Part shown: positions 9,731 through 18,558 of the stretch, piece after piece
How the letters are laid out: each line of letters opens with the position of its first letter
How positions within the stretch are numbered: the stretch's first letter is position 1
Source of the DNA: an uncultured Atopobiaceae bacterium
GTDB lineage: Bacteria > Actinomycetota > Coriobacteriia > Coriobacteriales > Atopobiaceae
Assembly: GCA_947625405.1 (NCBI GenBank)
Contig: CANQOF010000011.1
Coordinates: 6,926 to 70,925, forward strand
Length of the DNA stretch: 64,000 bases
Reading direction: 5' to 3'
Made by a program: the position numbers and the translations under genes
Notes under the pieces: generated by a model
What the model was told of the DNA's origin: nothing
Databases searched by the model: none
The model's input: the letters and a program-made list of their open reading frames with translations, nothing else

Positions 9731-10166
9731 CTGGTGCACCTCATCCAGCCACGATCTCGGGCGCTCGAGTAGCGAAGTACGCTACCCTCTCAAGTTTGCT
9801 TGGGAGGGTAGCTCGCGTTTTAGACCTGCGTTGCGTTGCTTTCACAACAACCCACTGGGTTGTTGTGCCCCCGAGATCTTGTCTATCTGAGGCACCCCAG
9901 GGCGCCTCGCTGACGTTTAGCTGGTTCCCTAGCTCTTCGCTTGTTGGAGCAAGGACTTTCGAGGGTCCGGGAGCCTATGGTCTCCGGCTCCCTGTGGGAG
10001 CCGCGTTGAGAAGGCCCTTTTTCTCGGACCTCAGGAGTGGTCCGCCGGAATCAAAGCCCGTATGCCAATGTGAGGTGTGTCACCCGAGAAAAAGGGCCGG
10101 TGAAGGCTGGTGAACCGATCGAGCGGGAGCCGGGAGACGGAGACCATAGGCGCCCGGGCCCCGCAT
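9731..10166 (+). repeat. structured noncoding element, copy 1 (candidate large ncRNA or mosaic hairpin repeat)
   Basis: Homologous in reverse complement to 52250-52730. It contains nested hairpins: GTAGCG/CGCTAC, CACAACAACCC/GGGTTGTTGTG, GGCCCTTTTTCTCGG/CCGAGAAAAAGGGCC, and an outer roughly 30-bp stem spanning 9964-10160. Confidence 0.8.
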
Positions 10167-10237
10167 AACCTCGCATGACTCACCTGTGCGATGCGAGAGC
10201 GTCAGCGTAGACTGGGGACTGCGACTGAGGAGGACCG

Positions 10238-11110
10238 ATGATCAGGAAAGTTGGGTTCGTGGGGCTTGGGATCATGGGGAAGCCCATGGCGAGGAACCTG
10301 CAGAAGGCGGGGTTTGAGCTGCACATCTGGGCGCGGCACTCCGAGGAGGTCCAGGACCTCGTGGCGGGCGGCATGGCATGGCACGAGAGCCTCGCCGACC
10401 TCGCGGCCTCCGTGGACGCGCAGATCACGATCGTGGGCTTTCCGCCGGACGTCGAGCAGGTTTACCTCGAGAAAGGCGGCATCCTCGAAAGCGCCAAGCC
10501 CGGCACGTACGTGATCGACATGACGACCTCGAGCCCCACGCTCGCCCAGAAGATCGAGGCGGCCGCCACCGCGCGAGGCCTGCACGCCCTCGACGCGCCC
10601 GTCACCGGCGGCGACACCGGCGCGCGGAACGGCACGCTCTCCATCATGGCGGGCGGCGCCGAGGAGGACTTCGAGGCGTGCCTGCCGCTCTTCAAGGCCA
10701 TGGGCACGAGCATCAGCTATATGGGCGGCCCCGGCTTCGGCCAACACACGAAGATGGCGAACCAGATCATGATCGCGGGCGCCATTGCGGGGGTCTGCGA
10801 GGGGCTCTCCTACGCGCAGGCCAAGGGCATCGAGCTCCAGAAGATCTTCGACGCCGTGAAGGAGGGCTCGGCCGCGGGCACGCAGCTCTCGGGCTACGCG
10901 CCGCGCATCATCAAGGACGACTGGGCGCCCGGCTTCAAGATCGAGCACTTCGTGAAGGACCTCCGCATCGCGCGCCGCGAGGCGGAGAGCGAGCACCTCG
11001 ACCTCGACATGATGCGCCAGGTGCTCCAGAACTACGAGAACCTGATCCTTCGCGGCATGGGCGCAAACGGCACCCAGGCGCTCATCAAGTTCTACGAGAG
11101 CGGCGACTAG
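10238..11110 (+). CDS. NAD(P)-dependent oxidoreductase, 3-hydroxyisobutyrate/2-hydroxy-3-oxopropionate reductase family
   Basis: VGFVGLGIMGKPMARNL is a Rossmann motif. There is full-length resemblance to the HIBADH/GarR family. GAGGAGG lies 5 nt upstream. Confidence 0.85.
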   Translation: MIRKVGFVGLGIMGKPMARNLQKAGFELHIWARHSEEVQDLVAGGMAWHESLADLAASVDAQITIVGFPPDVEQVYLEKGGILESAKPGTYVIDMTTSSPTLAQKIEAAATARGLHALDAPVTGGDTGARNGTLSIMAGGAEEDFEACLPLFKAMGTSISYMGGPGFGQHTKMANQIMIAGAIAGVCEGLSYAQAKGIELQKIFDAVKEGSAAGTQLSGYAPRIIKDDWAPGFKIEHFVKDLRIARREAESEHLDLDMMRQVLQNYENLILRGMGANGTQALIKFYESGD

Positions 11111-11222
11111 CCCTCCCCGCGCCGCGAGCCCGCGCGTCGCCGCGCGAGCGGGCCGCGGCACGAGCGAGCGGGCCGCAGCCTCAAGCGAAGACTCGAAGCA
11201 AAAGACGAGGTAGAAAGCCAGC

Positions 11223-12593
11223 ATGGGCTTCAAGAAGTGGATGAGGGACATCAACTCCCACGGGTTCTACCACCTCTTCCGGTGGGACTTCTGGCGCTCG
11301 CTCTTCGTGAACTTCTACCTCTTCAACATCCTCGGGCACTGGGCGGAGATCCCGTACTGCACGTTCATGGATACGTTCTTCGGGATCGTCGACGAGAACT
11401 ACGAGCTCTGGACGGATCCGTGGTTCAAGCCGTACTGGGTCTATGGCTCGGGCGTGGTGGTGATGACGCTCGTCATCGAGCCGCTCAAGGAATACATGAT
11501 GAAGCGCCACAAGAGCGTCTGGGCCCCGGCGCTCGAAACGTTCGCGATCGCGACGGCGCTCGCGGCCGTGATGGAGACGGCCTTCGGCTTCATTTGCAAC
11601 CAGCCCGACGAGAACGGCGTCTACCCGTTCTGGGACAACTCGCAGCTCCCCGGGAACATCCTCGGGCAAGGCTGGATCGTGAACGACCTCGTGATGGGCG
11701 TGATGTGCGTGATCTACGTGTGGCTCGCCTATCCGCTCGTCTCGATCGGCCTCGAGAAGCTCGGCGAGAAGCGCGCGAACATCCTCTTCCTGGCGGCGAG
11801 CGCGGCGTTCGCGCTCGCGACGGTGCTCTCCTACGTGCCGAACCCGCTGAACCAGCCGCCCGCGAACGAGGAGGTGGGCCTCGAGGCCGGCGAGGGCGTG
11901 GGCGTGGCCGATGGGCTCGCGACGGGCGACCTCGAGGGGTCGAGCGGCGGCTCGAGCAGCGTGGCGAGCGCCGGCGCGAACGCGGCCTCCGGGCCCTCGA
12001 GCGGCACCGGCCCCGCGCTCGTGGACGGTTCGGACGCCGTGAGGGAGATCCCCGCGGGCGCGACGGTGGCGTTCCTCGGCGACAGCCTCACGGAGGGCGG
12101 CGACTTCGCGGCGGCGTTTCCCGCCTACAACGTGAGGAACTTCGGGGTGATCGGCGATTCCTCCGTCGGAGTGGCCTCGCGGCTCGACGAGGTGGTGGCC
12201 GCGAACCCGGCGATCGTGTTCCTGATGATCGGCACGAACGACCTCGACAACGACGCGGCCCCCGGCGAGGAGATCGTGGATGAGGTCGTGGCGAACGTGC
12301 GCGGCATCGTGAGCGACCTCGAGGAGGCGCTCCCGGACGCGACCATCGTCATCGAGAGCGTGCTTCCCACGAGCGACGCGGAGAAGAACGCGAAGATCCT
12401 CACGCTCAACCGCAAGCTCGCCGAGCTCGCGGCGGATCTCGGCGGCCGCACCGCCTACCTCGGCCTCTACGAGCGCTACGCGGGATCTGACGGCCTCCTC
12501 GAAGAGGAGGACACCGAAGACGGCCTCCACCTCGTCGACTCCGCCTACAACCCCTGGTACACCCTCATCCGCACCCTCTGGCTCACCGCCTAG
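11223..12593 (+). CDS. membrane domain fused to an SGNH/GDSL hydrolase
   Basis: The N-terminal roughly 210 aa are polytopic membrane segments (CmpB/DUF1113-like by eye). The C-terminal part carries GDSLTEGG, IGTNDL and DGLHL, which are SGNH blocks I, III and V. Confidence 0.75.
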   Translation: MGFKKWMRDINSHGFYHLFRWDFWRSLFVNFYLFNILGHWAEIPYCTFMDTFFGIVDENYELWTDPWFKPYWVYGSGVVVMTLVIEPLKEYMMKRHKSVWAPALETFAIATALAAVMETAFGFICNQPDENGVYPFWDNSQLPGNILGQGWIVNDLVMGVMCVIYVWLAYPLVSIGLEKLGEKRANILFLAASAAFALATVLSYVPNPLNQPPANEEVGLEAGEGVGVADGLATGDLEGSSGGSSSVASAGANAASGPSSGTGPALVDGSDAVREIPAGATVAFLGDSLTEGGDFAAAFPAYNVRNFGVIGDSSVGVASRLDEVVAANPAIVFLMIGTNDLDNDAAPGEEIVDEVVANVRGIVSDLEEALPDATIVIESVLPTSDAEKNAKILTLNRKLAELAADLGGRTAYLGLYERYAGSDGLLEEEDTEDGLHLVDSAYNPWYTLIRTLWLTA

Positions 12594-12683
12594 CGCCTTG
12601 CGGCCCGGGCAGGATGCGGCGCGGAGGCGCGCGGACGGCAAAGAAAAGCGAGGTGCACGGCCGAGGGCGGTCCTCGGCCAGGG

Positions 12684-13895
12684 CTAGATGCACCAGACGG
12701 GGAGGGCCGTCACGTCCGCGGCGACGGGAAGCGGACGCGAGGTCTGGCAAATGATGGCGCCCGGGCCCACTTCGAAATCGGGGAAATCGCGAAGGAGGGG
12801 GAAGCACGCGGCGTCGTCCGCGCCCACGGTGGCGGCCTTCTTCATCTCCGCGGGGTAGAGCGTTCGCCCTCGTTGGATCACGAGGTCAATCTCGCGCTTA
12901 CGGCCATCACGATAGAAACGCACCCCGCGTACATCACGCGCGGCGTTGAGGTAGCTCTTGAGCACCTCCCCCACGACGAAGGTCTCGAAGAGCGCGCCGG
13001 AGGCGGCCCCGCGCTCGGCCGTCGTCGGATCCAACCAGCCGCTGAGGTGGCACACGAGCCCCGTGTCGTAGAAGTAGAGCTTTGGGGCCTTCGTGAGGCG
13101 CTTCTGGACGTTCGCCCAGAAGGGACGCAGCAGGAAGGCCACGCCGGAAGCGAGCAGCACGGAGAGCCAGTGGTCGATCGTCTTCGGGCTCACGCCCACG
13201 TCCTTCGCCACTTCAGCCGCGTTGAAGAGCTGCCCGGAGCGCGCGGCGCAGGCAATCAGGAAGCGGTAGAACGCCTCCTCGTCCTGCACGGTGACGAGGT
13301 TGCGGACGTCCTGCTCGAGGTAGGTACGCACATAGTCGCGGTAGTAGCGCTCCCAGCCGATGCCCTCGCTCGCGAGAGCGGGCAAGGAACCGCGATGGAT
13401 GCGATGCCAGAGGTTCAGACTCTCCGGTGTTGGGAAGCCGCGATACGCGTCATAGGGTCGCGGCGTGAAGGGCTCGCGCTCCTCGCTCCCGAGCACTTCG
13501 CGCAACGAGAGACCGCTGAGCTCGAGGATCGCCACGCGTCCCGCGAGCGACTCGGAGACGCCCTTCATGAGGTGGAACGTCTGCGAGCCGGTGAGCACGA
13601 TCTGCCCGAAGTCGTTGGACTGATCGACGAGGAACTTCACGTAAGCGAAGAGCTCAGGGCGGCGCTGGATCTCGTCGATGACGACGGGCGGCTGATGGGC
13701 GCGAAAGAAGAGCTCCGGGTCGCGCGCGAGGCTCAGCGCTTCGGGGTCGTCGAGGCTCACGTAGCCATACTCGGAAGGCATGCAATGGCGAAGCATCGTG
13801 GTCTTCCCCACCTGCCGCGCGCCGGTGACCAGCACGACCTTGGCCTCCCCAAGGAGGCCAAGCACGGTCCGCTCCGCCGCCCGCTTAATGTACAT
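12684..13895 (-). CDS. AAA-type ATP-binding protein (DUF4143-type architecture)
   Basis: Walker A is GARQVGKTT and Walker B-like is VVIDEIQ. Length is about 400 aa with a C-terminal domain as in the ATPase+DUF4143 family. GGGAGG lies 7 nt upstream. Confidence 0.8.
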   Translation of the reverse strand: MYIKRAAERTVLGLLGEAKVVLVTGARQVGKTTMLRHCMPSEYGYVSLDDPEALSLARDPELFFRAHQPPVVIDEIQRRPELFAYVKFLVDQSNDFGQIVLTGSQTFHLMKGVSESLAGRVAILELSGLSLREVLGSEEREPFTPRPYDAYRGFPTPESLNLWHRIHRGSLPALASEGIGWERYYRDYVRTYLEQDVRNLVTVQDEEAFYRFLIACAARSGQLFNAAEVAKDVGVSPKTIDHWLSVLLASGVAFLLRPFWANVQKRLTKAPKLYFYDTGLVCHLSGWLDPTTAERGAASGALFETFVVGEVLKSYLNAARDVRGVRFYRDGRKREIDLVIQRGRTLYPAEMKKAATVGADDAACFPLLRDFPDFEVGPGAIICQTSRPLPVAADVTALPVWCI

Positions 13896-14058
13896 ACCGC
13901 CGCCTCCCTGTCGCTTCGCGGACAGATTTTATGCCGGATAGCAGGGCATTTGCAAATGTGGAATGCGATTCCATTTTTGCACACATGGAAAAGACGGCAA
14001 TCGGCACGTCGCAGCCGGCGAACGCCGGGATGCTTCTGCCACAGGCCAAGGTGGCAGA

Positions 14059-14090
14059 GGGCCCCGTCCTCGGTTTGGAGGACGGGGCCC
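14059..14090. terminator. 12-bp GC hairpin (GGCCCCGTCCTC/GAGGACGGGGCC)
   Basis: Perfect stem with a 6-nt loop, lying between the ATPase promoter region and the 3' element of surface protein A. Confidence 0.35.
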
Positions 14091-14099
14091 TTCCCGCTA

Positions 14100-14420
14100 G
14101 GTTGCCCTCGTGAAATGAGAGCCGGAACCCGAAGGTTGCGTGGCCCGCGTGCGAGCACGCACGGGGCCTTGGGTGCGCGATCTGCCAGCGCGCTGAGGAG
14201 GGGGCCTCAGCACAGATTGCGCGCCAAGGGCCGGGGGGCCGTCGCCCCCCGGCGTAAGCGCTTCCGCCAAGACCCGTCTGCTAGGAACGTGTCTCCGCGG
14301 TCGTACGACGAACAGGGGTCGCGGACGGGATGCCCGCGGGTAGTGCGGGGTGGCGGGGGCTCATTGGGAGGCAATCCCAGGGACGAACCGAGCCCCCGCC
14401 GGGGGTTAGTGCATGAGCAG
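14100..14420 (-). repeat. conserved 3' region of surface-protein genes, copy A
   Basis: Shares CCGGAACCCGAA, a GGGGGNCCGTCGNCCCCC hairpin and a GTGGCGGGGGCTC...GCCCCCGCC hairpin with 20880-21105. Confidence 0.6.
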
Positions 14421-14422
14421 AG

Positions 14423-17400
14423 CTAGGCGAGGCTCACGCCGGGCATGAGGGCGTACCACTTCACGCCCTGGTACTCCCAGCCAGCATCCTCGAGCGTGTC
14501 GATCTCGTTCATGTCCATGGTCCAGAGGTGCGTGCCCTCAGTCACGTAGGGGTTGAAGAACTGGACGATCGGATAGAGCGAGTTCTCGGTGTCGCTGTAG
14601 AAGACGGGCGTCTGGCCGTCGGTGGTCTCGAAGTCCTTGACCCAGCCAAGCTTCACGAGGCCCGCGATTTCCTCGGTGTTGCTCGTGTAGTAGTGGTCGT
14701 GGCTGTACGGGTTGTAGAGACGATAGACCGGGTCACCCGCGGCAGGCGAGTACCAAGCGATGCCATCGGGGCGCCAACCGGCGTTCAGGTTCGCCGTGAT
14801 CTCATTCTGTGCGGTGGTGAGCAGGTGCTCGCCGTTGTACGGGTTGTAGAGACGCATCACGGCAACCGGCGCGTCTTCAGCCACGCCGTCAATGGTAAGC
14901 GCGCCCTGCAGCTTCACGGGCGAAGTATCCGCCTGGCCCGCTTCGTTGATGTACACATTCATGTTGTAGATGCCCTGTGTGGAGTTCTTACCAGTGTTCA
15001 CAGGGATCGAGATCACGAAGGCGCCATTGCTCACGTCGGAGACGGTTATATCACCGAAGGTGACGCCATTCATGGTGCCAGAGTAACCACCATTGGTGAC
15101 GGGTGCGCCAGTTGAGGTGTAAGCAAGCCAGATGTTGCTCACATACTTGTCACTGGTCGAGCCCTTAGCCGTCATATTCACTGCCTTGCCAACCTCGATC
15201 ACCGAAGGATCAAGATTGATGTCAGTGATTTTGAGGCCTCGGTAGGGTGTCATGTTATTGGGCGCAAGTTTCACCGTCACAGGCACGGTGTAGGTTGCGG
15301 TTTCGCCAGCCATGATGGTTTGCGGAGAGCCCTCGAGCACGCCGTTGGTGATGTCGACGTCAAGCACACCGTAAACGGCCGCGTAGGTTACGTTTGCATT
15401 TGCGGTCGGAACCTCAGTGAGAGGATCAGCCAGCACGGGAACGGTCGCATCGGTAGCAGAGTTGATCTGATACCAGCCGAGGAAGAACGAAGCTTGCGGA
15501 TTCACGGTTGGGAGAGCGGCCACAGGCACGTTTTTGGAGGTGTCGGTGATGCTGGGGATGCCATTGAGGATGGTGTCGCCACCAGGCTCGGTGAAGTATA
15601 CGCCGATATTATCGTTCTCGTAACCAAACGCACCAGCTTCCGCCTTGGTCACGGTTGGGCTTTCCGCAGGCTGTGCAGTGGCACTGGTGCCATTTGCATT
15701 GAAGGACACCTGATAGGAGACCGGGATCGGATTCATGGTCACGCCGAGACTGCCCTCAGGATAAAGGCCGGTAATTGCGAGATTAGGGGCCTCATCGGTC
15801 GCGAGCGTAAGGGGCACGGTGGTGCCGGTGAACTTGTTGGTAAGCGCGAAGGCCGCCTTTGCGTTGTTCACGGTAACCACGGTTGGGCTCGATCCGCTGT
15901 TTATCCCGTTGAAGATCGTTGTTACGTCATTAGCAGCTGCGCCGGCAACGTTATCAGCCAGCGGATACGTGCTGTTTTGGAAGCTCGGGGCCATCTTGGC
16001 AGAGTAGGCGAAGACGTTTGTGAGGTCGGATGTAGACGTCGTTACGGAAACATTGTTGGCGACCACATAGCCATTGGGCATGGGGCTAGAGCCACTAACG
16101 AGAGTTGCACCCTTGGAAGAATTTGCCGGGGAGACCGTGGCGACGAAGCTTACGATCGGGTTCGGCATGATGACGACTTGGTTGTAGACAGGTGCGGTAA
16201 GGGCAGTATCCTCCGCGCGGCCAGCATAGTCGTAGATCTCCATGGGGAGGACGGGCTGGGGCTTCTCAGCGGTCGCAGCCGAAGCAGCGTTCGTGCCGCC
16301 GGTCACGTAGACCCACTTGTAATTGGAAGCCGCATTAGGAGTGTCCTGCACGGTGTCCGGAGTGATGGTGCTGCTAATCGCCTTCGAGCCCGCGGAGGTG
16401 TCCGTGGTGCTCACGGTGAGAGTCGGGCCGCCATTGGCGGAACGAGAGGCGTTTGAGACCGCGACGGTGCCCTCGATCCCGTAGCCAGGCGTGCTGTCAA
16501 CGGTAGAGGCGGTGGGAGCTCCACCGGAAGCGACGAGGGTGCCGCCACTTGCAACCACGTTGCCCTTGATGGCAGTTGCGGTCGTGGAGGTCGCCTCAAC
16601 CGTACCCGCGGCGAGGGTGAGGTTCCCGCTAGTCACGGTAGTGGCTATACCGGGAGCATCCACGGAGAGGATCCCCTCCGTGTTATCGCCGTTCACGCTT
16701 GTGCCAACACTAATGGCGTTAGCAGAAGTAAGACCGGTGCCGCTACCAGCGGTCACGTCTACCTCCACGGAGCCGCCGTTTGCCACGACGAGCGAAGTGT
16801 CAGCATCAGATACCGCAGTTAACTTACCGCTCAGGTTTACACCGTTCACGCTGAGGGTTTCCGCCTTCGTGCCTGTAGGTGCCGTCACGTTGGCCGTCAC
16901 CTCAACCGTTCCACCGTAGTTGGCAAGAGCGGTCGCACTCACGAGGTTTGTAATATTAGCATTCGGGTTGGCGGTCACGGAAAGGCTCGCGCCCGTAGCA
17001 GGCGCATCCGCGGTGCCGAGGAGGATCTCGTCGGCAGTGAGGGCGGCCATGTTACCGGTGCCCGTGAGCTCGATGCTCATACTGCCGTTCAGGACGAGAT
17101 TACCGGTTCTGCCGAGATCGACGGCAGGACCTCTAACGCTCGGGGACTTTACGGTGCAGTTAAGGGAGGAACCAGACTGAACGGTTACAACATTCCCGTC
17201 CTTGCTTCCTTCAACGAGAGCAGGACCGCTACCTGTATTGTTGAGGGTAACGGTTGCGTCGGACTTCTTGCCGCCCACAGTGAGCGTACCGGTGCCGAGT
17301 GCAAGGGAGCCCACGCTCCCGCCACTCATGCTGGCGGTGAGATCGAGGGAATCCGCGACGACGATGTCCGCATTCCCGGAATTGTTGATAGCAGCATTCG

Positions 17401-17890
17401 AGCTATTGGTGCTGGTGAAGGTCGCCGTTCCGGTACCACCAAGGGTCACGTCGGCATTGTTCCCAATAGCGAGTGCAGTCCCACTGGTGGTGAGGTTAGT
17501 GGTGCCCTCGAAGTTCACAAATGTGTCCACTGAGCCGTTGATATTGATAAGCGTGTTCGAGCTCGTGATGCTCCCGAGATTCGAGAACGTGATCGGGTTC
17601 GTGGCAGCATTCGCACCATTAAGCGCGATGGTGATCGCGCTTTGCGTCTCGCCCGCAATTGGCGAAATCGTGATGCCGGTAGATGGAACACTCGTAATGT
17701 TCGTGGCGCTAGTGATGCCGCTAGGAGCCTCTTCAGTCCCAGTGGCAACGATGTACCAACCGCCGTCCTCAAGCGGAGACATAGTCTCCGCTGGGTCGGC
17801 TACGGCCGGGGTGGCGACCACGACGGCTGCGAAGAGGGCCAGCAGCGCGGCGAAGACACCCCCAAATACCTTTTTCTTATTGGAACTCAT
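14423..17890 (-). CDS. large secreted Thr/Ser/Ala/Gly-rich surface protein A with three C-terminal YNPY...GW repeats
   Basis: The signal peptide MSSNKKKVFGGVFAALLALFAAVVVATPAVA|DP is near-identical to that of protein C. The long low-complexity T/S/N/G-rich region fits beta-helix or adhesin style. The C-terminal roughly 145 aa hold three tandem repeats RLYNPY..H..T......GW. AAGGAA lies upstream of the ATG at 17890. Confidence 0.8.
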   Translation of the reverse strand: MSSNKKKVFGGVFAALLALFAAVVVATPAVADPAETMSPLEDGGWYIVATGTEEAPSGITSATNITSVPSTGITISPIAGETQSAITIALNGANAATNPITFSNLGSITSSNTLININGSVDTFVNFEGTTNLTTSGTALAIGNNADVTLGGTGTATFTSTNSSNAAINNSGNADIVVADSLDLTASMSGGSVGSLALGTGTLTVGGKKSDATVTLNNTGSGPALVEGSKDGNVVTVQSGSSLNCTVKSPSVRGPAVDLGRTGNLVLNGSMSIELTGTGNMAALTADEILLGTADAPATGASLSVTANPNANITNLVSATALANYGGTVEVTANVTAPTGTKAETLSVNGVNLSGKLTAVSDADTSLVVANGGSVEVDVTAGSGTGLTSANAISVGTSVNGDNTEGILSVDAPGIATTVTSGNLTLAAGTVEATSTTATAIKGNVVASGGTLVASGGAPTASTVDSTPGYGIEGTVAVSNASRSANGGPTLTVSTTDTSAGSKAISSTITPDTVQDTPNAASNYKWVYVTGGTNAASAATAEKPQPVLPMEIYDYAGRAEDTALTAPVYNQVVIMPNPIVSFVATVSPANSSKGATLVSGSSPMPNGYVVANNVSVTTSTSDLTNVFAYSAKMAPSFQNSTYPLADNVAGAAANDVTTIFNGINSGSSPTVVTVNNAKAAFALTNKFTGTTVPLTLATDEAPNLAITGLYPEGSLGVTMNPIPVSYQVSFNANGTSATAQPAESPTVTKAEAGAFGYENDNIGVYFTEPGGDTILNGIPSITDTSKNVPVAALPTVNPQASFFLGWYQINSATDATVPVLADPLTEVPTANANVTYAAVYGVLDVDITNGVLEGSPQTIMAGETATYTVPVTVKLAPNNMTPYRGLKITDINLDPSVIEVGKAVNMTAKGSTSDKYVSNIWLAYTSTGAPVTNGGYSGTMNGVTFGDITVSDVSNGAFVISIPVNTGKNSTQGIYNMNVYINEAGQADTSPVKLQGALTIDGVAEDAPVAVMRLYNPYNGEHLLTTAQNEITANLNAGWRPDGIAWYSPAAGDPVYRLYNPYSHDHYYTSNTEEIAGLVKLGWVKDFETTDGQTPVFYSDTENSLYPIVQFFNPYVTEGTHLWTMDMNEIDTLEDAGWEYQGVKWYALMPGVSLA

Positions 17891-18230
17891 ACACAGGTTC
17901 CTTTCGTTCAACTGTTCTGGTCGTCCACCTAGCAGAGGCGACCATGTGTATGGACGTGCAAAAAGAAGCTCTTAGGGTTCTCGCGGCGATGGATCCCCAC
18001 GCGTCCGCACACCCCCTTCCGCGGTGGCGTGGACACCCGGCCCGCGAGGCTTATGGGGAATACACGACGTGAATGGAGACGCGCTCACGCGAAGCGCCGT
18101 GGCGCGGCATGCGCCACGAGTCGCCGCGAAAGCGCGAGGGAACCGCTGGTTTTTGGAAGATTTAGCGCCGCGAAGATTCGACAGCAGAAACGGAGCCAAG
18201 ACCCCTTCGGTTCTCAGCTCTTCTGAATGA

Positions 18231-18240
18231 CCCCCCCCCC
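18231..18240 (-). promoter_or_regulatory. G10 homopolymer (C10 on the + strand) in the conserved upstream box of gene A
   Basis: Exactly 10 C at 18231-18240, about 340 nt upstream of the ATG at 17890. The homologous position upstream of gene C has 9. Confidence 0.85.
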
Positions 18241-18558
18241 GCGAGCAAATCGCGAGGTAGGCGGGCATGATGCTCCTAGCTCGCACCATGACCGTTACTG
18301 TCCTCCTAGCATGTAAGGACCGTAATCGCTTGCGAACTCTAGCCCACGTAAGGGAGCGACGTCAAGCAACACGCCCGCCGAGCGGCGATTTCAGGGCACG
18401 GGGAGAGGGAGCGAAAGATTGCAAGGTAGCCGCAAAACAACCGCAACGCTTCCAGACGAACCGCACCATTTGCACTTAGTCTGCGCGAGGCCAGATGACT
18501 TTCTTGCCAGGCGAGACAAAGCAGAAAAACCCAGCCGGCGAATGCCGCGTGGCTCCCC

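Noticed and set aside
9796-10113. 105-aa ORF inside structured repeat copy 1
   Set aside because: The homologous copy at 52250-52730 has a 1-nt indel in the most conserved core, so the frame is not preserved. The sequence is dominated by hairpins and the start is a non-ATG codon with no SD.
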